Shown here piece by piece: positions 1 through 12,260 of a DNA stretch of 64,000 nt (position 1 is the stretch's first letter; each line of letters begins with the position of its first letter). The position numbers were made by a program, and so were the translations under genes. The notes beneath the pieces were generated by a model. It saw only the letters and a list, made by a program, of their open reading frames with translations, had not been told where the DNA came from and did no database searches. Source of the stretch: Lama glama (Eukaryota); contig CM052823.1 of NCBI GenBank assembly GCA_028534125.1, forward strand, positions 27,776,001 through 27,840,000, in the 5' to 3' direction.

Positions 1-199
1 TAAAAATGGGTCCTCAGAGTTAGCTACACAAAGATAAAGCAATGAGAAAGGATTCCCTTCACCTTTGTATGACTGACTTGATTCTATTTTTCAGTTTTAT
101 CTCATATATTGTTCTGTTTGGGTTCAAAACTGATAGCACCTTTCAGTAACCATCAAAGCTCCCAGTCACCTTGGGGGTATTTTTATTGCAGAAGTGAAG

Positions 200-391
200 T
201 AGAGTTGCCAGCTCTAGCAAATAAAAATACGGGATGCCCAGTTAAATTTAGATTTCTGATACACAATGAATTTGTTTGGTCTAAGTACATCCCAGTACAA
301 TATTTGGAATGTACTTACACTAAAAAATTATTTGCTGTTTATCTAAACTGTGAATTTAACTGGACATTCTGCGGTTTATCTGGCAACCCTA
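200..391. mobile_element. MER53 non-autonomous hAT DNA transposon (palindromic MITE), full length
   Basis: Terminal inverted repeats TAGAGTTGCCAG...CTGGCAACCCTA. Internal AGCAAATAAAAATAC..CCAGTTAAATTT..ACTAAAAAATTATT..AATTTAACTGG matches the MER53 consensus; about 190 bp and self-complementary. Confidence 0.9.
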
Positions 392-484
392 AACAGTGGC
401 CAAGAATTTGCCCTTTTATTAACCTGAAGACTGGCAAAGCAAAGTTACCTCCTATCCATAATTAGCACTGCATTGGAAAATACC

Positions 485-526
485 AAAAAAAAAAAAAAAA
501 AAAAAAGAAGAAGAAGAAGAAGAAAA
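485..526 (+). repeat. poly(A) plus (GAA)n low-complexity tract
   Basis: About 22 A followed by GAA repeats. Confidence 0.9.
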
Positions 527-1834
527 ACCCCAAAACCAAAACCTAAAAACCCCAGAGTTTCAAGGGCTGTTACTTCTCGGCAAATACAGTACTAAATTTA
601 CAGACTTTTTAAAATATCATTTCCCCACCCAGGTATTTTTTTTTTTTAAAAAAGCATCACAATCTAGAGGAAAAAAAACAAAAACAATGAGAGAGGACTT
701 CCCCTGTGATGATATGTGAATAATTATTGGTCAACTGACGTTTAAGATGTGACACTTGTAAGAGTACTGACCTCTTGCTTTTCAGCTTTTCTAGAGTGGC
801 CAATAGGGTAAGTTATGTCCTTCCAAAAATCTCTCTTCTCTATTTTTCATGAAAAAACCATACACATACAGAAATTATATTTCCCCAAATGAAGCATTTT
901 CTTTGGCAGGTTCAATGCCACAAAATACTATGAAATTAGCCTCTGGGGCCCAAAGGGCACTGCCTAACAGCGCTGGCCATTGTCTTCAGCTACAGCTGCA
1001 GCCTGGCTGTTCACACTGACCCCCGAGAGAGGTCGGCCATGTCGCGAACAAGGCCACACAGTAGGTGGACCATCCATGCAAACAAACAAATACAAAACTC
1101 CCTCTTCCTTGGTTATATCAAAGCCAACTGAGTTCTTTCCTTTCTGATTGAAAGCCAACAATTTTCCTCACTTTGCAAAATATCCCCAAACAACCTTAGG
1201 TTCAAGGTCCTTAGCAACTTAAATTTAGAAAGAGGTTTACCCTGTGGAGCCCTGGGAATTTTAAGCAAATAATACCATTCTTCCTCATTTTTTTTCTTCT
1301 TTTTTTCTTCTCAGACCTCCAATCTACTTCCTAAGTCTACTCAGGTATAGCAATTACTCCTGCAAAGGTTAGGAGCCAATGTTTCCAGGAGTTGTTTTTT
1401 CAATCTTCTTGAAAGTACTGCATGAACCTCCTGGACCAGGGTGCAAGAGGGCCTAAGCCAGGTGGCACGGGACAAACACATGGAACTGGCCTGTGCTCAC
1501 CAACCCGGCACCAAAATGTACCAGTCAAGAAGTATGTTCTAAATCATAGGAACCACTGGTGAAAATCCACTGGTGCTTTGATGGTGGCCCAGTAGGTGGT
1601 GACCACGTGATGAATCATGAAAGAAGAAACTGAAGAAGAAAATAAATTATCATACCCTCTTGGCATAAAGCTTATATAAGAGACAGAGTGAAATGAACTG
1701 CTGCTTTCTCTAGGAAGCCCTCCTTGAAGCAGTCAAGGGAAGTCAGAGCCTCCAATTTCACCTGATTTCCCTGTTTCTCACATAGATATATAGAGATAGT
1801 TCAAACTGTATGACATACGTATCAGTCCATGTTG

Positions 1835-2500
1835 GACTGCTCCCTGTTCACCGAACATCCCAAGCTCATGGGCCCCTGAGCCATTGCTAGCATCTTTCTT
1901 CCGGACTGCTTCCCATCTCTCACCCATGCCTGCTGAAATTCCATCTACTGGTCAAAATTCAGGTTTGGGTCCTTCTGAGCTTTCAAAGTAGCATTTAGGC
2001 TACTTCTTTTAGGAAGGCTTCCCTGAAATGGTTTCTCTTTTGCCTCTAAGTTCCTAGTGTGTTCTGTTCTTCCCACTTCTATGCAGTCATTACCATCTGA
2101 TTGGAAGTAGTGATGGACTTGTTTCTCCCACCCGTTAAAATGCCACCTGAAGGCAGGGACCAGGTCTCACCCAGCCTTGTTCCAGTGGAGCAGAGGGCAG
2201 GTACTCAATCTATGTCGGCAGGATTGATGCAATTGTTAACCATGTCTTTGATATCTTAGTGACATCTTCTCTAGAAAATCTCTGCCGATGGCCTTTCTGA
2301 TACTGCACAGCACTCTTCTCTATCACAGAACTCATGACCTTATATTGAAATTATCTGTTTACATATGAGCCACTGGACTGCCAGTTCTTAAGGCAGGGAA
2401 CTTGTTTCACTCATCTGTGAGTCCGCAGTGCCTAACACAATACCTGAAGATGAGGGGGCTTTCAAAGTAGTCTTTGGGTAAATAAATATTTAATGAGATG
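1835..2500 (+). mobile_element. L2 LINE 3'-end remnants (two copies)
   Basis: L2 3' motifs 'aaggcagggaccaggtctc..gtactcaat' and 'aaggcagggaacttgtttcactcatctgtg..gtgcctaacacaatacctg'. Confidence 0.65.
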
Positions 2501-2870
2501 TTCAAAGTGGATTATAAGCTCTTGGTGGGGGGTACACACATTCACATCCTCTGCACCTTCTCTTTATAATCAAGAAAGATTAATTGATGTTGACATGTGA
2601 GGTAGGTTCTGTAGCAAACAGTTTCTCGGTTCTTTCAAGTTGGTCACACCATCTGATGACCAAAAATATGGAAACCCTTTCTAAATATAAATACTAATCT
2701 CAAGGCTTCATGTACTTTGAGAAACTTGAGACTTAGTTGTCTCAAATGACTTCCTGGATGGCCCTCTTCCTTAGCCCAAGATAGCTTCAACAATTTATTT
2801 TTGTACTTCAGCATGACCTGCATTCCAATTATGATCATTATTTGGTATTTTCAAAATAAGTCCAACTGAA

Positions 2871-2984
2871 GTTCTAAACCTGGACTGTGGTGATGGTGAT
2901 ATAATTCTCTAAATTCACTAAAAAACACTGAATTGTATACTTATGATGGGTAAATTTATGGTATGTAAATTATGCCTCAATAAA
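2871..2984 (+). mobile_element. Old L1M (L1MB/ME-type) 3' end
   Basis: 'gttctaaacctggactgtggtgatggt..ctaaaaaacactgaattgtatactt..gggtaaatttatggtatgtaaattatgcctcaataaa' is the typical L1M 3' terminus. Confidence 0.8.
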
Positions 2985-5900
2985 TCCGTGAAGAAAATGA
3001 ACTTAGACTATGCCACAACAGGGAAAACATCTTTTTTTCCTTTTGACCTCCAGGGTCTACCATGGTAACAGATAGCGTGGCTGTTCCTTGTTAGCCAGGA
3101 GGTGCATCCACGCTGGCAGGGGAGCTCAGGCAGGTCACCAAGTGTAAACAGCTCTGTAGAGGTCACCACAAAGGCGCTGTTGTTCTATCTCACAGCCGAG
3201 AAGGAAAGGAGAGTCGCCATGGAATATCTACTCTCTCTTGCATCCCTAATTAGAAACATGTGGACGAGGGCCCACCCACGGGTCAACTCAGCCAGAAAGG
3301 CCCTGTTTCTTCTGCCTAATGTTGCATGTTGGCTGAAGTAAGACCTCTCCCTGGGCCTGCCATGGGAATGGTTTCAAATTATAGCAGTATCTCCAAAAGG
3401 CCACCATCAAAGCACCAATGGATTTTCACTAGAGGCTCCCCGTGATTTGAAAAACACTTCCTTGACCAGCACATAATGAGTGCCAGGTTGGTAAACTGGA
3501 ACCAGTTCCATTTATTTGTCCAGTTCCACCTGGCCATAAGCCTGTTGCACCCTGGCCTAGATTATACACTGCTCAGACCCCCTTGGGTAGGCGAAATGAA
3601 GCTCTCAACAAAATTTAAAAGTTCTGGGCAGCAACTTGGCAAACACAGATCACACGAATGTCTGCATTCTTTCTTGTAATCCATCTAAGTTGAACTTAAT
3701 ACTCTGGTTCTTTCCATTTTACTGATGGAGAATATAGCACCAGTACCCAAACTGTCTCAGTTAAGTACCAAGAAGATGAATGAGGGAATACATAAACTCT
3801 GTTTGTTAATGTCCTAGAGAAAATGCCAGATTCGTCTAAGACATTATTTAGTGTAATCCTACCCAAAGAGAAATGTTGCTGTTCTCATTCAGAAAAGCCC
3901 CAGTGAACATTCACTTTTCTTCAAACTCTGAGAGGCAGTGACTTGTGTTAGTAGAAGAAAGTCACTATTTACTCAGCGTAAGTAAAACTAAAGTTTTACT
4001 GTGGGTCGAAAAAGCTGCAAATGCTGGCGGACCTAATTATTGAAACACACTCAAATGGTCTCTCTTTTTTAAACATAGGGAGCAATACATGGAAAGACTG
4101 CTGTGCTGGCCCAACGTGGTGCCTTTTGCAAAGATCAGATCATCCAAGAGGCCCGCTCTGATCTGACCAAAGTCTGTATTTAATCTCCCATGTGGAAGAA
4201 AGCTATAGTTCTTAGATTAATCACCCAGCCACAGATCTGCCGCCAAGCTGCTCCAAGTCTCTTTTCCTAATCGGGTATAAAATTCTATTTTCTTCAAACC
4301 ATGTGGTAGAGCCAGCTTATGCCAGGGAATATGCATTCCTTCTCCACTCATTTACAGATACACGCAAGGTCAGTGGGTCATTCATATGCAATGGGAGCCA
4401 CGGTCAGCCTGCAGTCCATTGTTTCTTCTAAATTTGCCAGACAGAGGACTAGGGACTGACAGTGGGTGATTCTTGGAAAGAAACCACGAAAACTAGAGGG
4501 AGTTAATTTTACATGCGAAGAGTTCTCTTTTTAGCTGCGATGTTAACACCTAAAGTAAGACAAAGACTGAAACACCTGATGGAACCCACACCATTCGCTG
4601 GCGATGTACAGAAAACCAGTGGGGTTCTAGCAACTGGATTATAGTGGCAATGGGCAGGGAGAAGGAGTCATATTTAGAACCCATGACTCCAGTTACACTG
4701 GTCACATGCTGTACAGGAAAGTGACCACTACTGCCTGTTCAGGGACCAGAGGACCAAAACTTGGACTCACTGGATAATCCTGAATGAATTTCTGACCCTC
4801 CCTGTGTCTCTGCTGCCTCAACTATTAACACACAAGTAAATATACCTGCCCGCTTTGGTGTGAAATGAGCCTGCATCACCTTTTTGGCTCCATAATCAAG
4901 ATGTGTCCTGTTAATGTTACACTGCTCTGTAGAATCAAGTGTGTGGAAGCTTTGGGCTTCCAATATATGAATGGATGCCAGTAACAAAATGATCAGCAGC
5001 CAAATGTGAAATTAGATTCTCTAAAAAGAGGCAGGCATTTTAGGTCTGTCTTTCAAGAAGCTGCAGCCACACCCAACTACCAGGGTCTAAACGGAAGTGA
5101 CTTAACATTCTTTGGCAGCATTTTCTTTGGCTGGCCAATGCCTCGTTGGCCGAGAGAGGTCTGCACAGGGTGAGCGATCTGAATGAGGGCACAGGGGTCA
5201 GAGGGTGGGGAGGAATAGAGAGGACACAACAGAGTAGGAGTAAACTGGGCCGTGGAACTGGCCTTTGGTCAAATGCTTATTTTTCTCTAGGCAGAAGGAT
5301 TATAAGGAACTTGCTGTCAGCACTCTTGGACTAATCTCTCCAGACACTTCTCTGAAGAGGGAAGGACTCTGATCAAACTCTCCCCAAATCAGCAGTTAAG
5401 GAGGTGGAAGGAAGAGTTTTAAAAGCTGGTGATATACACGGAATCCTTAGTCGGAAGCTTGATCCACTCATCTGGCACATAGCATTTGCTAGATCCTAAT
5501 CTCTGGCTGCCAGGCCTGGAGAGGCTACAGCGATCAGAGGCCACAGGGGTCTTTATGCTCCTCAGTCTTTGATTTCAAAACAGCCAAGGGGAGAAGGAGA
5601 AAACCAGTGTCTAGGAATCCTGGTACTGAACAATCCTAGCTATTGTCACACCGTTCCGTATGCTTTCTATCAGCGAAACCGTTTACATCACTCCAGACCT
5701 AGCCCTGGCCCCTACAGTCTTGCTGACTGTCACACAGCCTACGATGGTCCCAGGGACACTGCAGGCCAGAAGTGAAGGGTGCCTTTGTTTTCATCTCTAT
5801 GATAGGATGGCACGGAGTCCTGAGTGCCAAGGTACCAAGATAAGAAGGGTGCTCAAAATGCCCAGATGGCTAGAGAATGAAAGCCCAGAGAACAGAGCCA

Positions 5901-6705
5901 AGTTTGCACAGCAGACAAGGGCCACTGTGGCCAGGGCTGGAAGTGGGGTCCTCGTAGTCCACAGGCAGCAGCGGAACTAAAGGGAAGTCAACCCCCGACT
6001 CAGCTGGTGGGAGTTGGGCAGCTTCCCAGCTGGAAGGGGCTCTCAAACACATCCCTGTGAGCTACCCATGAAAGACAGAGATGCCTTAAAAACAGTAGAC
6101 AAAAGGAGCTGCTAATCAAGAGGAACTTTAGACGTAAGAACAGGATTCAGTCACCCTTCCAGAAAGATGCACGTCCGGGCCAAGGCCCAAGAGCATGACA
6201 TTCAGCTGCTGTCCTCCTTTCTGGGGCCCAAACTTGGAGGCACTGAAAGGAGAAGAGATTCACAAAGGAGGCAGATGGGGAGGCCCCGACACACACGCAA
6301 TGCAGTTTCCATACAGAATATTAGAATTCACCAGATATAAGCAATCACAATGATAATCGGCTGCTTGGAACTGAAGTACTGTTTTGCATAAGAAATCAGC
6401 AAACCCCACAAAACTCATATCTTCTCCTTTCCCTCTCAACTTTGAAAGTTACAGCCATTTGGTGGTTGATGCAGACACAGCGCTGGGAATCTTGGAACCA
6501 CCCTAGGTCCTGACTCCTCAAGACACCCCAAGCCAGGGCTTTTTCTGTGGTTGGTAAAACAAAGGTATTTTGCAGAGATAGCCCAAATGGCCTTAATTCT
6601 TCTCTTCCAACCTTCGTGCCTATCATCAGGCTACTCTGTTAACAGTGGCTACTTCCTCCATTTCTTTCCTAATATTTTCAGTACTATCCAAATTGCTTTT
6701 AGCAA

Positions 6706-6863
6706 GGAGGGGATGGGTGTAGCTCAGGGGTGGAGCACATGCGTAGCATACACAAGGTCCTGGTTCAGTCCCCAGTACCACCATTAAAAAACAACTAAGA
6801 CAAAACAAAACAAAACCAAAACAAGACCTGAAGGAGAAATATAGGCTTGGAAACTGATCTGAA
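6706..6863 (+). mobile_element. Camelid tRNA-derived SINE (Vic-1 type) with A-rich tail, 39-nt unique 3' extension and 17-bp TSD
   Basis: Head GGGTGTAGCTCAGGGGTGGAGCACATGCGTAGCATACACAAGGTCCTGGTTCAGTCCCCAGTACC (A/B boxes) and (CAAAA)n tail. Direct repeat CAAATTGCTTTTAGCAA at 6689-6705 and 6864-6880. Confidence 0.88.
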
Positions 6864-9800
6864 CAAATTGCTTTTAGCAATATTTCATCTTCCACTAATT
6901 CTTCAGGTGGAAAGGCTATCACTTCACCAGGTGAATCAAACAAACAAAACAGTGGAAAAGAGAAACAGTAAAAGTTTGATAATGATGCCGGGAAAACCCA
7001 TAAACTGTGGAAAGGAACTGCTAACAAGCCATTCTAGTTTAATTGGGCTTTGAGAACTATTTTTCTAGAGTTTCTAGGATTTTTGCTTTTCCTGAAAGTC
7101 CAGTTGCATGGTTCAGGGAAAAGAGGGGTGTACCTGACACCCCAGCCACCAGACAACAGGTTTAAGACTGAAGGATCTGCACCATCTGTGGAGACCGATC
7201 CTTCCTACCAGCCTTGCCTTGACAGCTGGTTGGGGTAGAGGCAGAGCAAGAGAGTCTTCTCCCGCTGGACGTTCATCTGCAACATGTTTTCAACTGGAAG
7301 ATAGCAGGGAAGCAGAGCAATGGATTAGTTCTATATTCTGCTTTAAACTTGCAGGGATACAAAGCAACTCAGAGGCTTCAGGGAACTGGATTTTGCTCCT
7401 CCCACTTATTTAGGTAGCATCAGTGCAGACTAAGTACATCAGTCCTCATAATCAGAAACAACTTCTCTGTTTACAACTCACCCTTGGGTACCACACCTTT
7501 CAACAGCTCTTTTTTGTTTTTTAAACACCACAGTTCTCTTCCATGATGCTACTATTCTATACAAACTTGGGTCTTTGTGGATGAACAGCACTTAGTTATT
7601 ACTCCCACTAATGGACAAAATAATATTTATTTGATTTATGCAACATGAGTGGAAGTAACAGAACTAAGTTTCGGTAGGTTGACTAGCTGGATTATAATGT
7701 TTGGGTCAATATCCAGTTACTTTCTTTTTTCATCCTGCCATCCCTCCAGATGACATCAGCATCTATGTGTAGAGTCTTTTAAACAGCACTGGTGCTATTT
7801 TAAGTACAGTAACGGGTCGGGGGGGCGGAGGGAAGATGATCTGGAGCTGAGATAGCAGAAGAACTGCAAAAGGAACAGGATACCCTTTGAAAAGAGAATG
7901 CAAGCTCTTCATATGAGCAAGAATTCAGGATGTCCTAGGTCATGGCTGGTGGCATTGTCATTTATCACTGGCTGCAGAACAGTGACCAGATTTCCTGGAA
8001 ATAAAAAAAGGCTTTTTTTTCTCCTGAATTTTCTCTTGACGTAAACCATTATCTATTTGCAAGAGATGAGGAAAAAAAGGCATACACATATGTTAGAGCC
8101 TCCAGCCTTCCAAATTGTCATTGCCTGCTTCCCAAATGGCCAATTTATTGTCTCATTTAAAAAAAAATTTGCCATTATTTGCTCTTCAGAAAAAAACTGT
8201 GCATGGGTAGTCTGTTAAAATTGATTTTGTTGGATGTCTTTCTTTTTTTCTGAGATTACACGCTGGGCTGTGTTAACAAAGGAGATATGGCACCAGCCCT
8301 CAACTCCGCACCCTTCCACTGACAGGAACCTCCAGGAGAGAATGAGTCTCATCCATGCAAAGATCAAGTGTACAGGGCTGGAAAAGTGGGGGTCGAGGAG
8401 GTAAGAAAGGCCACTCCCTAAACTAGTTTGTCTCCAGTACACTGTCTGATGAGGGACAGGGGCTCCCTGTTGGGAGAACAACATGGCCGCAAGCATCTCC
8501 GCAGAGGAGACTGCGTCATGACAAGAGTGGCTTAGGAGAGTCTGTGAGGGAGGAAGTGAAATGGCTCACAGTGGGGTTAGGTGAAAAAAAACAAGAGAAA
8601 AGAGTGGAACCTGGTTCAAATAAGCAAGGCTGTCCACCACTCTGAAGAGTTTATTTTTGTTTCAGACAAACTAGCTTCCCTCAGAGAGAAAGGTGATCTG
8701 CTTTTTCGAAAGACTGCTCTCTCCCCTCACATTCAGCCTGACTGGTCCCTCCTCCAGCACTCAGACCTACCTCAGTCCCGACAACAGCGTGGCGGTCTCC
8801 CCCAGCATTGTTGGGGTTCTACCTGTCATGTAGTTTTTGAGCTTTGTGGCTTCATAAAAAGGACAAGAACAGACGATGAAAAAGTAGAACAGTTAAAAAT
8901 TCATCAAGTCATAAAAGGAAATCAGGTTTGGGTGCCTGAGGGGGAAATAGCCCACAACGTTTTAACATAATCCTTTCCGTCCTAGAATGAACAGGGTACC
9001 TGATCTTACTTGTATCCAATGGAAGTTGCCAGAGGAAGAATTGTACGCAGGAGAGGTGTGGACATCCTCCTGAGGCTTTCCCAGGCTCCCCAGGAGCCAT
9101 CTATGAGGCAAGTAGCTGATTCAAAACTAATTTATTTTTATGGTTTTGAATTATAGAAAACAGGAATATAAATGAAAGAATATCCATGCCTGACAATGGC
9201 TCCAAACTAACACGAAATATAGCAGAATCCAATAACACCTTGCAAAAAACCTTACATATTCATCGAAGTATGCTTCCCCATGATAGTCAAGTTGATTGAC
9301 ATATGTAATCCTGGTGTAGCTAAAAATACTCCTTACACAATGTCATCGCATTCTATTAAAATTCTCTAAGCATCACGGCTAGAATAACTATTTTCTGTGA
9401 TCATCTATTTCCTTCCACGGGAGGAACTAACTCTGTTAGTGTCTAATACAGTGGCTCTGGTCACCCCCCTCAGCACATCTCCAGCAGAGATCCTGACTCC
9501 ACAATTTGCTGGAATGTTTTACAGCAAACAATACGGCATTGAAAGATACCTCTTTAGCAGGCTTTAATAAAAGTGATTACTATCTTTATTAATATTGTTG
9601 CTGTTGTTGTCAGGGAAATATTGTGGAATGTTCCAGGCGCAGACTGAGAACTCCACACCCCTAGCATGCAGTGGCCTCAGGCAGCAAATCTCCAGGCCCC
9701 TTTATCCACCCTCTGATTTTCATCTCCAAACATAATAAAAGTTAAATCTAGCAGGAACTGTTTGGCTTTATGATCTTGGAAGATACACGGTTGCTTAATA

Positions 9801-12121
9801 CCCAGCTGTATTCATCTTTTGCTCTTTACCTCTCTCTGCTTTGCTGGGATTCTCCTCTCTCTACTTGAAAACAAATGCTCTTTACCCTCGGGCCTGCCAC
9901 TGTCTGCTCCGCAGCCCCGAGTCGTGACGCTGGTGATGAGCGGTGACCTCTCTGTGGCTCATTTCACTGCCAGTACCAGTGCCCATCACTTGGTTTCTAC
10001 TTTTAATGACTGGAAAGTGGGCAGCGGACACCACATTTGATGAGGCTGCTCTGCCTCAAATACTTCCCCATCAGGCAAATGAAACAGGGTTGCCTTTCTT
10101 GGTGAAGAACGAGCTGTCTTTTATGTTAATGAAGGGTCTTGCTGTAAGAATAGCTTTCTCAGTCCTTTAGCTGGACCGTGCACTAAACAACCTGTCAACA
10201 TTTCTAAGAACTAAATATGGAACACCAGTCATCAAGTGGCACAGGAACATCATAAAACAGAGACGCTGCATCCAAGAAATGTTCACAGGCCTGACAGTGA
10301 AGTGAGTGGCGCTGGGATGTAGCAGCAAGGACTTTTCCCTCGGTTCTACATGCGCCTTCCCTCTCAGTGCTGTCTCTGAGCTGAGATCAGCGGCAGCTTT
10401 TCCAACAGAAAGTGCATTTGGTTCCAATTCACTTTTATAACAACAGAGATCGCCCCTTAGCAAGACGGAGAACACGAAGCTGCATTGTGCAGGCTGAGGA
10501 TGACGTGCTTGGGTGGCAGGAAGCAGAGCAGCCTTTTCTCTGGAGAAGAAAGCGCCTGTGGGTAGCAAACCTCATTCCCAAACAGCTTTTTTTTTTTTTT
10601 TGCCCCTTTATGATAGCAAAAGAAAAATCAAAGAATCATCTCAAATCGCAGAACTGGAAGGGACCTCAAAAAATCATCATCTAACTCAGCCTCCTCTAGA
10701 AGGTTTTGTTCCTTCAGTAATTATGTAAACCCCAAGGGATTGGGATTTAATCAGGTCAAAGGGCACAGCAAAGTATTTTATAAATTATTTATGTAAGCAC
10801 CTTGGAGGGCCTTTTATTATCTTAAATAATGAGAAAATGAATGAGATTCTTTAAGATGTGGTAGCTTTTAGGATTTCAGAGGTTGTTGAGTGGATAAGGG
10901 AGGAACAGAATCCAAGTTGTGTTTTTATGGCAAAAGAAAATACCTGTGCTACTGGTTCGTGTCTCCAACAACCAGAAACTCATTCTCCATCACTGTAGTC
11001 ATGAGTAACACCCTGCCACTTACATCCTCTTGTCTCTCACTGACAGTGAGGGTGGCGTATTGGATAAGCCAATACAATGGAAGAATTCTGATGCACAGGA
11101 TGTCCTAATATAGGGGCCTTCAGGGGAAAAAAAAAAAACCCTCCCAAATGGTGAATTATGTAATTCTACCCCTGTATTATTCAGCAAATGGAAGGGGGAA
11201 AAGATACCATCCAGTGTATGTTCCTCGAGAACCTCCAATCAAGGGCCCTAGCCATTTAAAAACATTTTTCCTGGCTTCAGACTGGCTATAAATAAATTTA
11301 ATAAGGACAAAAAAAAATCACCGCATCATTTACAGTCCTCGCTCAGCTCCAGCTGACAAAAATCCAGTCCAGATGTTGGTTGTGCAAGAACAACAGCAAG
11401 AGGGTGAACTTCAGTCCCAACTACAAGAGTCCCCGAAGGAGGGCATGTGTTTGAAGAGAACGGGGCTGCAAGGTTGGCAGGGAGGGTGTGGACAAACCTG
11501 GCTTGATACTGATTGAACAGAAACATGGTAATTAATTTATTTTGTGTGCAAGAAGTCCAGTTTATTAGCCTTTCCCCTGTCTCATCACCCCTTTCAAAGC
11601 CACAGGGGCTTGGCTGGTGAAGCCTGAAATGGTTGTTTCATAACCTTTGCTTTTAAATTAAACAAATGACCTCAGATTTTGGAGCCGTTGTGGACTCAGG
11701 GGAAAGTATGCCATTAAAAGTGTGCCAGAAACAGATTTAATTGGTACAAGTCCCAAAAAGTGCTCAAAAGAGCACAGGCTTCCCGCATATAGATTTCAGG
11801 GAAATTACTCCAAGGCCGTGCAGCTTTGTCAGAATTTGAGATGTGAAACAAGGCAGCTGAAAGACTCCGTATCAAAAGGGTGGATTCAATTCAGGAGATA
11901 TTAATCTGATTACTTAAGCAAGGCCGTGAATCGGATACACTCCATTGTGCGCTCTTGTTCAACCTGGACAGCTGGAGGAGCCAATAGCTTCCTTTTCCCC
12001 TGACATATAATTAAGTTTTAAGAGACGATCAAGTTACAGATACAAAGTTTTAAGAAATATTTCATTCAGGAGTGGCATTTACAGTGCTCGCCTGTTGCAA
12101 GAGACATTGTTCCCTCTACTT

Positions 12122-12260
12122 NNNNNNNNNNNNNNNNNNNNNNNNNNNNNNNNNNNNNNNNNNNNNNNNNNNNNNNNNNNNNNNNNNNNNNNNNNNNNNN
12201 NNNNNNNNNNNNNNNNNNNNNNNNNNNNNNNNNNNNNNNNNNNNNNNNNNNNNNNNNNNN
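12122..12260. other. Sequence gap (139 N)
   Basis: Run of N. Confidence 0.99.

Noticed and set aside
109-465. 118-aa ORF at the window start
   Set aside because: Reads through the non-coding MER53 element.
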